A stretch of DNA of 64,000 bases. Origin: an uncultured Verrucomicrobiae bacterium. GTDB lineage: Bacteria; Verrucomicrobiota; Verrucomicrobiia; Limisphaerales; Palsa-1400. How positions within the stretch are numbered: the first letter of the stretch is position 1; the number at the start of each line of letters is the position of its first letter. A model generated the notes under the pieces. It was not told where the DNA came from, ran no database searches, and was given only the letters and a program-made list of their open reading frames with translations. The position numbers and the translations under genes were made by a program. The stretch spans positions 608,001 to 672,000 of the forward strand of contig OY969763.1 of the NCBI GenBank assembly GCA_963702845.1, in the 5' to 3' direction. Positions 9,651-18,391 of this stretch are shown in pieces.

Positions 9651-11126
9651 TTAGTCGCGAAGCGGCGTCACCGGCGCGTGCAACTTTTTGGTTTCACGAT
9701 TCACCGTCATGAAACGACTTCCACCGTCTGACCAGATTCGAAGCAACAACTCCTGTCCCCGCAACCTGCGGCTGACGTCCACCGCTTGCTGCGAACTGCG
9801 TACCTCTTCGTTGTTAATCTCCTGCATCACGTCGCCTGGACGCAGGCCGGCCGCGTAAGCGGGCGATTCGTCGGTAACGCGTAATACCATCGCGCCCTCA
9901 ATCGTTTTCGGAATTTTCAGGTGATTGCGAATCGACCCATCCACGTCCGTCACGGTCACACCGTCCAACACGTCAGTCGGTAGCTGAGGTTTTGTCTTTA
10001 GCGCAACCTTCGTAGTTTTCGGTGACGGCATTTCATCGAGCTTTGTCACGACACGTTGCTCTTTCGCATGGCGCACATACGCGACGGTTGCCATTGTTCC
10101 CGGTTTCAATTGCCCGACGAGCAGTCGCAAGTGCCGCGGATCTTCGATTCTCTTGCCTTGAAACTCGGTGATGATGTCGCCGATTCTCATCCCTGCCTGC
10201 GCCGCCGCACTGCCCGGCACGACCTCACCGATTAACGCGCCAGTTTCCTCCGACAACTTAAAATGCTTCGCAAGATCGGGCGTGATTGGCTGCACGACCA
10301 CACCCAGGGAACCACGCGCCACGCGTCCTTCCTTGATGATTTGTTCCATGACGCTTTTCGCCAGATTCACCGGCACCGCAAACCCGATTCCTTGGCCACC
10401 TTTCGCCGTGCTCAAAATTGCGGTATTAATGCCAACGACTTTTCCGTCGCCATCGGCCAACGCGCCACCCGAATTACCGGGGTTAATAGACGCATCGGTC
10501 TGAATAAAATCCTCAAAATCAACCACGCCAAACCCGCCTCGACCGGTCGCACTGACAATTCCCATCGTAACGGTTTGTCCGACACCAAACGGATTTCCAA
10601 TCGCGAGCGCAACATCCCCCACCTGCAAATCATCGCTGTCGCCAAGTTCAGCGACGGGCAGATTTTGCGAAGCGATTTTCAACACCGCGAGGTCTGTCGG
10701 TGCATCCGTTCCAATCACCTTTGCCGGCACTTCTTTATCACTGTTCGCAAACGACACCTCGATATCATCCGCGCCGTCGACCACATGGAAATTCGTCAAA
10801 ATGTAACCATCACGTGAAACAATCACGCCCGACCCGAGAGCTTGTTCCTGGTGCGTGCGCGTCTTGGGCGAATTGCTGAGTTCATCGCCGAACAGATCGC
10901 GCAACATCGGATTATTCATGATCGCTTCAATCTGCGGATCCGCATCCACCGTTTTGCTGCTGTAGATGTTCACGATCGACGGAGCGATCTTTTTAATCAC
11001 CCGGGAGAACGTCGGCCGGTTTGTATCCAACGTAATCGTTCGTTGTTGTTCGAGATTTGGGATAGCGGCGTCAGCGGAAAGCGCGAGAGCGGCGAGGCAG
11101 GCGATGGGAATAAAATTGAACTTCAT
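9651..11126 (-). CDS. DegQ/HtrA periplasmic serine protease with 2 PDZ domains
   Basis: Signal peptide; TNFHVV, TDLAVLK, QTDASINPGNSGG; two PDZ-like segments. Confidence 0.93.
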   Translation of the reverse strand: MKFNFIPIACLAALALSADAAIPNLEQQRTITLDTNRPTFSRVIKKIAPSIVNIYSSKTVDADPQIEAIMNNPMLRDLFGDELSNSPKTRTHQEQALGSGVIVSRDGYILTNFHVVDGADDIEVSFANSDKEVPAKVIGTDAPTDLAVLKIASQNLPVAELGDSDDLQVGDVALAIGNPFGVGQTVTMGIVSATGRGGFGVVDFEDFIQTDASINPGNSGGALADGDGKVVGINTAILSTAKGGQGIGFAVPVNLAKSVMEQIIKEGRVARGSLGVVVQPITPDLAKHFKLSEETGALIGEVVPGSAAAQAGMRIGDIITEFQGKRIEDPRHLRLLVGQLKPGTMATVAYVRHAKEQRVVTKLDEMPSPKTTKVALKTKPQLPTDVLDGVTVTDVDGSIRNHLKIPKTIEGAMVLRVTDESPAYAAGLRPGDVMQEINNEEVRSSQQAVDVSRRLRGQELLLRIWSDGGSRFMTVNRETKKLHAPVTPLRD

Positions 11127-11315
11127 AAAATCAGCGAACAGTTGAGCACTCCTCTAAAATTAAGGTAGAATCCAGGCAGCAAAATTCTACGAGGCAACCT
11201 ACGGAAACTCCCTTAAGGGGAAGGACGAACAACGTTTTAGCCTCGGATTGAACCCGTCAAGCGCCCCAATAAACACAAGTTTGAGTATTTGACAGGCCCC
11301 CGCCGGCCAGCCAAC

Positions 11316-11600
11316 TCAAGCGCGCGATCGCCGCCAAAATTGATAAGCGAAACCGGCAATAACACCGGTCCCAAGAGCGATGCCCAAATTGCGGTAGATT
11401 GTTGCTCTCGGTTTGACCGTCCGATGCCGCCGCTCGTCTGAACGCGCACGACGTCGACGGAAAAAGCCGCCAATTGTTTTGGCAGCGAGAGAAATCGGAT
11501 TGCGCAACAACAAACTGACCGCTGCCATTTTTGCTGAAGCCGCCAAATCCTCGCGAGTCTCTTCGATCTCGCGGGCAATCGCATGTTTAGTCCGAGTCAT
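11316..11600 (-). CDS. Small tail-anchored hypothetical protein
   Basis: MTRTKHAIAREIEETREDL amphipathic helix and C-terminal TM; follows the DUF883 genes. Confidence 0.55.
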   Translation of the reverse strand: MTRTKHAIAREIEETREDLAASAKMAAVSLLLRNPISLAAKTIGGFFRRRRARSDERRHRTVKPRATIYRNLGIALGTGVIAGFAYQFWRRSRA

Positions 11601-11715
11601 AGGTATAAAAGTACGCACCGGCGAGTAACGGCTTAGACTCAACCCAGCCAATCACTCAACGCGGCGCAGACAAAAGCAAGGTCCGCGCGGACGTCTGCGC
11701 CCGCGCGATGACCCG

Positions 11716-11976
11716 CTATTCCCGACGACCCTTGATTAAAAATCCGAGCAGCAATCCGGCGGCAAAAGCGATGCCGAGAGATTGATAAGGATTTTCGCGA
11801 ATCGCGCGATCCGTCACCTTCGCGCCCTGGACAGCTTTGTCCGAGGCGTCGGAGTATTTGCTTTTAGCGCGTTCCCAGGCAGCGGCTCCGGCGGCGCGAG
11901 CCCGCTGCGTGAAATCCTGCGCTTGTTCTTTGGCCTCATCGGCCATTTGGCCGAATTCTCGTGCTTTGGTTTCCAT
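11716..11976 (-). CDS. DUF883 (ElaB/YqjD) family protein
   Basis: TDRAIRENPYQSLGIAFAAGLLLGFLI C-terminal signature. Confidence 0.88.
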   Translation of the reverse strand: METKAREFGQMADEAKEQAQDFTQRARAAGAAAWERAKSKYSDASDKAVQGAKVTDRAIRENPYQSLGIAFAAGLLLGFLIKGRRE

Positions 11977-11979
11977 AAT

Positions 11980-12258
11980 CTAGTCTTTCTGTTTGATGAC
12001 CACTTTTGTTCGGCGGGTAAGGAGCGCCCCCAGCAACAGCCCAAATCCCAACGCACAGCCGACTGCGGTATAGGGATTCTGACGGATGGCGCGGTCCGTC
12101 GCTTGCGAATAAATCAACGCCTTATCTTGAATCTGATCGTAAGTTGCCTTGGTAAGATCGAGTGCAGACTGGCCCGCGACTCGTGCTTTGTCCTTCAACC
12201 CATTTGCGCTACTGCGCGTGGTCTCAATTCCCTCGTGATCAATATCTGCGACGTCCAT
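11980..12258 (-). CDS. DUF883 (ElaB/YqjD) family protein, paralogue
   Basis: TDRAIRQNPYTAVGCALGFGLLLGALL. Confidence 0.85.
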   Translation of the reverse strand: MDVADIDHEGIETTRSSANGLKDKARVAGQSALDLTKATYDQIQDKALIYSQATDRAIRQNPYTAVGCALGFGLLLGALLTRRTKVVIKQKD

Positions 12259-12485
12259 GTTGCATTCTCCTTAGTTAGCTGCCCTCCAAACACAGTCACT
12301 TCGATGAAAACTTAATCCCGTTTGGAACTTTTTCTATGCGGACGGGCGCTGTTTTTAGATTGGGAAGAAAGCCTACTTGCCGAAAATCGTAGGGAAGTTA
12401 CGTCACATGGTCCGAAGCTGCGCCATCACGTCTGCGACGCACGGATAGCTACAAGCGATTTCAGAACCTGCTTCAAACTGTCAGA

Positions 12486-13310
12486 TCAAGCGCGTCGCAC
12501 TATTTTTGCCGCCAGCCAGCCAATCAGAACAATAACCGACAAAATGATCCAATTGTATTTGCTGCCATAGACACTTGGATAATGGTTGCTGATCATGATG
12601 AAAACCACTGGCCAGACGATAAATGTATTGTGTTTCGATCGGCCCTTGGCGCGGTCGGCTTCTATCGCGTTCGGTTCCTTGCCTTCTTTTAGCGCCTGCA
12701 CCATCCGACGTTGCGACGGGATAATAATCATCCAAACGTTCAACGCCATGATTGTCCCGAGCATCGCGCCGACCTGGTAAAACGCACCGCGCGCCGAAAA
12801 GTATTGGCAGGAAAGCCAGGTACTCGCTACAAGCACGATGTAACAAAGCACTACACCGGCAGTGAAATTCTTAACGACCTTCCAAATCACGTCATATACC
12901 ACCCATGACGCGAGAATCATTCCGACACTGACGCCAATGGCGGCGCCGTTGGAAATTTGCCAGATGGCAGGCACATCATCGTTTTGGTTGAAAAGGAGGC
13001 TGCGATAATATAACAGGATGAACAGCAGCATGCCCGTGATCCACGTCAGCCCCGACTCCCATTTGAACCAGTGCAACGTTTGTCCCATTAACGACGGCCG
13101 CCGTTGCTTTTCGACAAGGTAAAAACCGCCGCTGTGGACCATCCAAATGTATTTGTCGGCTTTTTCACCTTTAGCGCTTTTTTCCTCCAATTCGACGAAC
13201 CGGCCGTCGAGCCAAGTAAAATAATAAGTAGCGCCGACCCACATAATCGCGGCGAACACATGACCCCAGCGCAAAGCGATCTCCACAATCTCCCAAAAAC
13301 TGATTTGCAT
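12486..13310 (-). CDS. puuD: Urate hydroxylase PuuD, membrane domain only
   Basis: RWGHVFAAIMWVG, WMVHSGGFY, LHWFKWE, GTIMALNVW.IIIP.QR, RSKHNT, MISNHYP; divergent from uraD/uraH; no CxxCH. Confidence 0.85.
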   Translation of the reverse strand: MQISFWEIVEIALRWGHVFAAIMWVGATYYFTWLDGRFVELEEKSAKGEKADKYIWMVHSGGFYLVEKQRRPSLMGQTLHWFKWESGLTWITGMLLFILLYYRSLLFNQNDDVPAIWQISNGAAIGVSVGMILASWVVYDVIWKVVKNFTAGVVLCYIVLVASTWLSCQYFSARGAFYQVGAMLGTIMALNVWMIIIPSQRRMVQALKEGKEPNAIEADRAKGRSKHNTFIVWPVVFIMISNHYPSVYGSKYNWIILSVIVLIGWLAAKIVRRA

Positions 13311-13411
13311 AAAGATTGGCGATGCTAGATGTTCGAGGCCGGAAATCAAGAACAAGCAACAGTAGGGCGTGTTGCGAACCGGACGTTTCGGCTCCGCGCG
13401 CACCGTTTAAA

Positions 13412-13933
13412 ATGTCGCAACAACGTTACACCATCACTCAACTCAACGCGCTTTCGCCCGCTGAATTCACCCGCGTCGTCGGTCCAGTTTTCGAACACTC
13501 CCCGTGGATCGCGGACGTCACCGCCTCCAAACGCCCGTTCGAAAATCTCGAACAAATGCACCGCGCCTTGTGCGAAACCGTCCGCACTGCCGCTGTCGAA
13601 AAACAACTCGCGCTCATTCAAGCCCACCCCGACCTCGTCGGTCGCGCCGCCTTGGCAGGGACACTGACCAATGAATCAACCCGCGAACAAGCCAGTGCCG
13701 GTCTGGGCAATTTGAACCCAGCCGAAATCGCACACTTCCAAAAGCAAAACAACGCCTATCGCGAAAAATTCGGATTCCCGTTCGTCATCTGCGCACGTCT
13801 AAATAAGAAAGAAGCCATCATCGCCGGCTTCGAACGTCGACTGCAAAACGATCGCCAACAGGAAATCAAAACAGCGCTCGAAGAAATTTTTAAAATCGCC
13901 GAACTACGTCTGCGCGATTTAATCTCTACCTGA
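13412..13933 (+). CDS. uraD: OHCU decarboxylase
   Basis: FEHSPW, AHPDL, STREQASAGL, YREKFGFPFVIC. Confidence 0.92.
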   Translation: MSQQRYTITQLNALSPAEFTRVVGPVFEHSPWIADVTASKRPFENLEQMHRALCETVRTAAVEKQLALIQAHPDLVGRAALAGTLTNESTREQASAGLGNLNPAEIAHFQKQNNAYREKFGFPFVICARLNKKEAIIAGFERRLQNDRQQEIKTALEEIFKIAELRLRDLIST

Positions 13934-13934
13934 T

Positions 13935-14291
13935 ATGCCCGCGAAGCTCAGCACCCACGTCCTCGACACCGCTAACGGCCACCCCGCGCGCGACATGCAA
14001 ATCGAGCTCTGGTCCGTCACCGTTACCCAACGCAAATTGCTCAAGACCGTCCGCACCAACAATGACGGACGTACCGAAGCTCCGTTGCTAAACGCCGAAG
14101 AAATGCGCGAAGGCGAATACGAAATCATCTTCTTCGTCGGCGATTACTTTTCACAAATCGACAGCACCCCGCCGCGCATCCGTTTCCTCGACCGCGTCCC
14201 CGTCCGTTTCGGCATCGCCGATCCGACCGCTTCCTATCACGTCCCGCTATTGTGTTCGCCATGGTCCTACAGCACCTACCGTGGAAGTTGA
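13935..14291 (+). CDS. uraH: 5-hydroxyisourate hydrolase
   Basis: LSTHVLDTANGHPA, TNNDGR, YHVPLL.SPWSYSTYRGS. Confidence 0.95.
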   Translation: MPAKLSTHVLDTANGHPARDMQIELWSVTVTQRKLLKTVRTNNDGRTEAPLLNAEEMREGEYEIIFFVGDYFSQIDSTPPRIRFLDRVPVRFGIADPTASYHVPLLCSPWSYSTYRGS

Positions 14292-14292
14292 T

Positions 14293-15510
14293 ATGGACAG
14301 AGCCCAACAAGTTTTCGACCGCCTTGACGAACTCGGCAAAATCAGTGAATACGCCGATTGTTTGACACGCCAATACGGCACCGACGCCATGCGCCGCGCC
14401 AACGATCTAGTCGGCTCCTGGATGAAACAAGCTGGCCTGCTAGTCCACACCGACGCGATTGGTAATCTTGTCGGAACCCTGAACTTCGGGGCTGCAAAAA
14501 CTTTGCTGATCGGTTCCCATCTCGACACCGTAAAAAATGCCGGCAAATACGACGGTCCCCTTGGCGTCATCCTCGCCATCGCTGCCGTCGAACAACTGAA
14601 AACCAAACAACTTCCCTTCAATATCACAGTCCTGGGGTTCGCCGACGAAGAGGGCGTTCGTTACCAAAGCACATATTTAGGCAGCCGCGCCGTCGCTGGC
14701 AGCTTCGATGAAAAAGGCCTCCAACGCACCGACGCCAACGGCATCACGCTTTCCGACGCCATAAAAAATTTCGGTGGCGACCCCGCAAAACTTTCCACCT
14801 GCTGCATCGACCCAAAAAATCTCGTGGGCTACGTCGAAGTCCACATTGAACAAGGCCCCGTCCTCGAACAAAAAAATCTTTCCGTCGGCATCGTCACCGC
14901 CATCGCCGGGCAAACGCGCGCGAAAATCAAATTCGAAGGCAAAGCCGGCCACGCCGGCACCACTCCAATGAACATGCGCCAGGACGCCTTGTGCGCTGCG
15001 GCGCACTTTATTATGGCAGTTGATAAGATCGGCTGGGCTCATGATGGCCTTGTCGCGACTGTAGGCCACATCATCAACGAACCAAATGTAAGCAACGTGA
15101 TTCCAGCTACAACGACGGTAACGTTGGATATCCGCCATCAGGATGACACGATTCGAGAGAATGCCGTTAAAGAACTTAACCTTCTTGCCACCACGATCCT
15201 TGGTGATTTCAGGAAGGTAAAAGTATCGTGGCAAACCGTGCAGGAAACCGATTCCGTCCCGTGCGATCCCGCAATCTCCGATCTACTCAGAACCGCCGCC
15301 CAAAAACATCAATCCGAAGTCATCGACCTCCCGAGCGGCGCTGGTCACGACGCCGCTGTCATGGCGAAAATTTGTCCCACGTCCATGCTCTTCGTCCGTT
15401 GCAAAGCCGGCCTGAGCCATCACCCCGACGAATCCATTACCGTCGAAGATACTCGCGCCGCGCTTTCCATTTTGACGGACTTCATCTCGCTTCTTGCCGC
15501 GCGCACCTAG
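14293..15510 (+). CDS. allC: Allantoate amidohydrolase (M20)
   Basis: GSHLDTV, GKYDG, DEEGVRY, HIEQGP, AGHAGTTPM, SGAGHDA, SHHPDE; purine cluster context. Confidence 0.85.
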   Translation: MDRAQQVFDRLDELGKISEYADCLTRQYGTDAMRRANDLVGSWMKQAGLLVHTDAIGNLVGTLNFGAAKTLLIGSHLDTVKNAGKYDGPLGVILAIAAVEQLKTKQLPFNITVLGFADEEGVRYQSTYLGSRAVAGSFDEKGLQRTDANGITLSDAIKNFGGDPAKLSTCCIDPKNLVGYVEVHIEQGPVLEQKNLSVGIVTAIAGQTRAKIKFEGKAGHAGTTPMNMRQDALCAAAHFIMAVDKIGWAHDGLVATVGHIINEPNVSNVIPATTTVTLDIRHQDDTIRENAVKELNLLATTILGDFRKVKVSWQTVQETDSVPCDPAISDLLRTAAQKHQSEVIDLPSGAGHDAAVMAKICPTSMLFVRCKAGLSHHPDESITVEDTRAALSILTDFISLLAART

Positions 15511-15515
15511 TGGTC

Positions 15516-17024
15516 CTACGGATGCACCTGTTCCACGACGAGCATTTTGACTTGTTCTCGCGCGGGTGTCGTCTCAATTCCCATCCTGGCAAGCTGTTCC
15601 CGCAGGATTTCGCCGACACGATCCGTTCCAGTCGCGTCTTCGGGCCAGTGCAAATCAAACGTGTACCGGGCGGATGATCCGCTGCGATTAATCATCGGTT
15701 TTCCAAAAAAGCCTTCAAGCGCGCTGGTTACATCCGACATACGCGCATTCTTGAAATGGAACAATTGCGTGGAGCCTTCACCAGACCTGTAAACATCCGT
15801 TCTGCCGGATTTCGCCAAATATTTGTCGAGCGCTGACTTGTCCTTCACTGTCACCAGCAGAACATCCGTCTCGCGAACTTCCGGCCGCGCTACCAACCCG
15901 AATTGCTTTTCTATCTCGGCTTTGAATGCGGGGGCGTTTTGGCCTTTCGGCAAATTCTCTATCACATCAAAACTTCCTGGGGGCATATTGGCAGGGTAAA
16001 CGGTTCGCACCGTGTTCCAGTCATATGCGGTGCCGATCAGTCCCTTCACGTTGTCATTCACCCAGAATCCCCGGCCGTCGTCCGACCATATACCGCCGCC
16101 AATTTTGGGATGACCCGTCGGCCGGATCACGAGTCCCCGAGGCGCCTTGTCGAGCAGGAGTATGCTGTCCGAATTAGGATGCGACCATATCTGCTCGTAA
16201 ATCTCTTCGCCAGACAGCGGTGCCACCTTGCGTGCCACCGCTGTTGTGACCACTGTCGCTGTGCCGCCTGCGAGCAAAATGCCCGCAGTCACTGCGATTA
16301 CCGTTTTCGCTTTGGTCCATGCCATAATTTTCAATGCTCCTTTTAAGATGGTTGATGTTGATGCTGTTGCCGCCGCTCCCTTGGTTATCCCGACCGTCAC
16401 AATCGCTTTCGTCAGCCCAACAGGGATAGCCTGAGTTGAATTCGCGGAAATCGAGCCCGCGATGAGCGTGGCCGACAATGTCATGCCGCGTTTGGAGAAA
16501 AGTTTTCGCAACTTTTCCAGCGCACGACTTACCCGCTTCTGTGCCGCTCGTCCTTCCAAACCCATCGCCGCCCCTACTTCAGGCAACGTTTTGTTTTGGA
16601 AATAACGCAACACCAATGCATCGCGGTCTGTGGTTCCCAAATGTGCCATCGCGTCATCAAGCAAAGGGGACAACTCACGCCAGATAGCGTCCCGGGGAGT
16701 GTCTTCTGTCGAGGATTGCATAAACGCTTCCTGTTCGCGGCGCATGCGGCGTGATTCTGACCTCTGAAAATTCGCCGCCGTCAGACGCGCCGTGTGGTAA
16801 AGCCAGCCCGGGACTACCGTATTGCGCCCGAGCGATCCCGCCTTGCGCGCCAGGATGATGAATACCGCTTGCGTGATGTCTTGCGCATGTTGCGGATTTC
16901 CGGTGTGCCGCAACGCAACCGAATGCACCAATCCCACGTGCCGGTTCACAATCTCTGTGAACGCAACATCGGAGTTGTGCCTTGAGAATTGCTCCAGCAA
17001 TTCGATATCGGGCGTTTCGGTCAT
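15516..17024 (-). CDS. ECF sigma factor fused via a TM helix to a TIGR03435-like domain
   Basis: Sigma2 (AQDITQAVFIILARKA, GWLY) and sigma4 (DRDALVLRYF, RVSRALEKLR); TM KTVIAVTAGILLAGG; C-terminal PMINRSG...YTFDL...LARMGI...MLVVE. Confidence 0.85.
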   Translation of the reverse strand: MTETPDIELLEQFSRHNSDVAFTEIVNRHVGLVHSVALRHTGNPQHAQDITQAVFIILARKAGSLGRNTVVPGWLYHTARLTAANFQRSESRRMRREQEAFMQSSTEDTPRDAIWRELSPLLDDAMAHLGTTDRDALVLRYFQNKTLPEVGAAMGLEGRAAQKRVSRALEKLRKLFSKRGMTLSATLIAGSISANSTQAIPVGLTKAIVTVGITKGAAATASTSTILKGALKIMAWTKAKTVIAVTAGILLAGGTATVVTTAVARKVAPLSGEEIYEQIWSHPNSDSILLLDKAPRGLVIRPTGHPKIGGGIWSDDGRGFWVNDNVKGLIGTAYDWNTVRTVYPANMPPGSFDVIENLPKGQNAPAFKAEIEKQFGLVARPEVRETDVLLVTVKDKSALDKYLAKSGRTDVYRSGEGSTQLFHFKNARMSDVTSALEGFFGKPMINRSGSSARYTFDLHWPEDATGTDRVGEILREQLARMGIETTPAREQVKMLVVEQVHP

Positions 17025-17083
17025 TCAACAGTTATATGTGCGCCACCGCTAAACGGAGACAAAGAATTTCCGGCACCTAAACG

Positions 17084-17111
17084 ATCTGAAACATCAACCA
17101 TCTGAAACATC
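17084..17111. repeat. 12-bp direct repeat
   Basis: ATCTGAAACATC at 17084-17095 and 17100-17111, between divergent ECF and TM2 genes. Confidence 0.6.
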
Positions 17112-17196
17112 GGAATTTGGCGGCTTGTGATACCGTCTCACCTGCGCCATCGTCCTTAGCGGAACTAAGCCAACAATTGAGCAACAGGAATATATA

Positions 17197-17427
17197 ATGA
17201 ACGAAAAACACGCGTTGCCGGCATACCTCCTCTGGTTTTTTCTTGGATGGTTCGGCATCCACAAATTCTATTTGGGCAAAACCGTTTGGGGTATCATTTA
17301 CTTTTTCACCGGTGGCCTTTTTCTGGTCGGTTGGTTCATTGACCTTTTCACCATCCCGGGCCAAGTGCGTCGATATAATCAACAGTTGGTTGCCTTGCGC
17401 TGCGGTTCGCCGCCACGAATTGCCTGA
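17197..17427 (+). CDS. TM2-domain membrane protein
   Basis: AYLLWFFLGWFGIHKFYLGK...TGGLF.VGW.IDLF.IP. Confidence 0.88.
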   Translation: MNEKHALPAYLLWFFLGWFGIHKFYLGKTVWGIIYFFTGGLFLVGWFIDLFTIPGQVRRYNQQLVALRCGSPPRIA

Positions 17428-17466
17428 AGAGTCGACCGATTTGCGGCAATTTTCGTCACCCCCAAA

Positions 17467-17884
17467 ATGACGCGCACCCGCCCACGTCGAATTCTTTTCT
17501 GCCTGTGCGCTCTTGTCTTCCTCGGTTTGACCGCCTGGATTCTAAACCGCACATACGGTACCGGCAGCATTTCGCAAAAAAGCCGCTTTGATTCAAATCG
17601 GCGACGACTACGCGCGAGTCCGTTCAATGCTGGGCAAACCTCGCGATTCGACGAAAACCAGCGGCGGTGGCTTCCTGGCCAGCGCATTGACCGGCGGCTA
17701 CCCCGAATGGTGGGCCTACGGCAGCGTTTTGAATGACTACGATTGGAAACACCCTTTCAGTCGGAGCTTCCCGTGGATTATTCCGCCGATAAAATGGCAC
17801 TTCTTCAGTGCAGACACCAACGATGTAGTGATTTACTTTAGTGCAGGGGGTAAAGTTGCTCACGTCCAAATTCCCGCGAGTTAA
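17467..17884 (+). CDS. Membrane-anchored hypothetical protein (SmpA/BamE-like), frameshifted near 17560
   Basis: N-terminal TM in one frame; AFRKKAALIQIGDDYARVRSMLGKP...WWAY...VVIYF in the next frame. Confidence 0.5.
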
Positions 17885-17916
17885 CAAATCAGTTGCTCTT
17901 CAAAATCCTACACTGA

Positions 17917-17945
17917 TTGACAGGTAGCTACGTTATTGATACGAT
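17917..17945 (+). promoter_or_regulatory. Near-consensus sigma70 promoter
   Basis: TTGACA-17-TACGAT, about 445 nt upstream of allB. Confidence 0.7.
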
Positions 17946-18160
17946 GACCCCGCGCACAAACATGCGCCCGTCCGGCAATCGCGCCGCCCGGCAACGAAAG
18001 GCATACCGCCATGAGCACCGTTCCAGTGATCGCAACAGGTAGTTCATGCCGACGTGTGTCCACTCGACACCATTTATTTTCGTTCTCATTTCCTCCGAAA
18101 CCGTTCCGACGTTCCGGCCAGCAACGGGAAGTTTCGGTTAAAAATATTATCCCCCGAAAA

Positions 18161-18210
18161 AAGTCACCTACTGCCACCTACTGTCACCTACGGTCGGCTG
18201 CGGTCACCAA
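18161..18210. repeat. Degenerate 10-bp tandem repeat (5 units)
   Basis: AAGTCACCTA/CTGCCACCTA/CTGTCACCTA/CGGTCGGCTG/CGGTCACCAA. Confidence 0.75.
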
Positions 18211-18391
18211 AGAAAAACTTTTTAAAACACCCCTCCTGAACTGCACAACATTTTGCACCAGGCGCAGTTGCGCCGATTTCATCATATCAAAAAACCCCCG
18301 GTTTTCGCGTTGTTTCCGTGCACCTCGCACCTTGTCTCCGGCACCAAAGCAGCTACCATCAACCACTTACTCCTCCGGGAGACCAAATCAA

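Noticed and set aside
17927..18089. 53-aa minus-strand ORF (MRTKINGVEW...)
   Set aside because: The GGAGG is too close to the ATG, no motif is recognisable, and it opposes a strong plus-strand promoter
18011..18391. 127-aa N-terminal extension of AllB given by the ORF track
   Set aside because: Allantoinase homology starts at MPDFDSIIRNG (18392); the extension runs through the repeat array and A/T tracts and does not look protein-like
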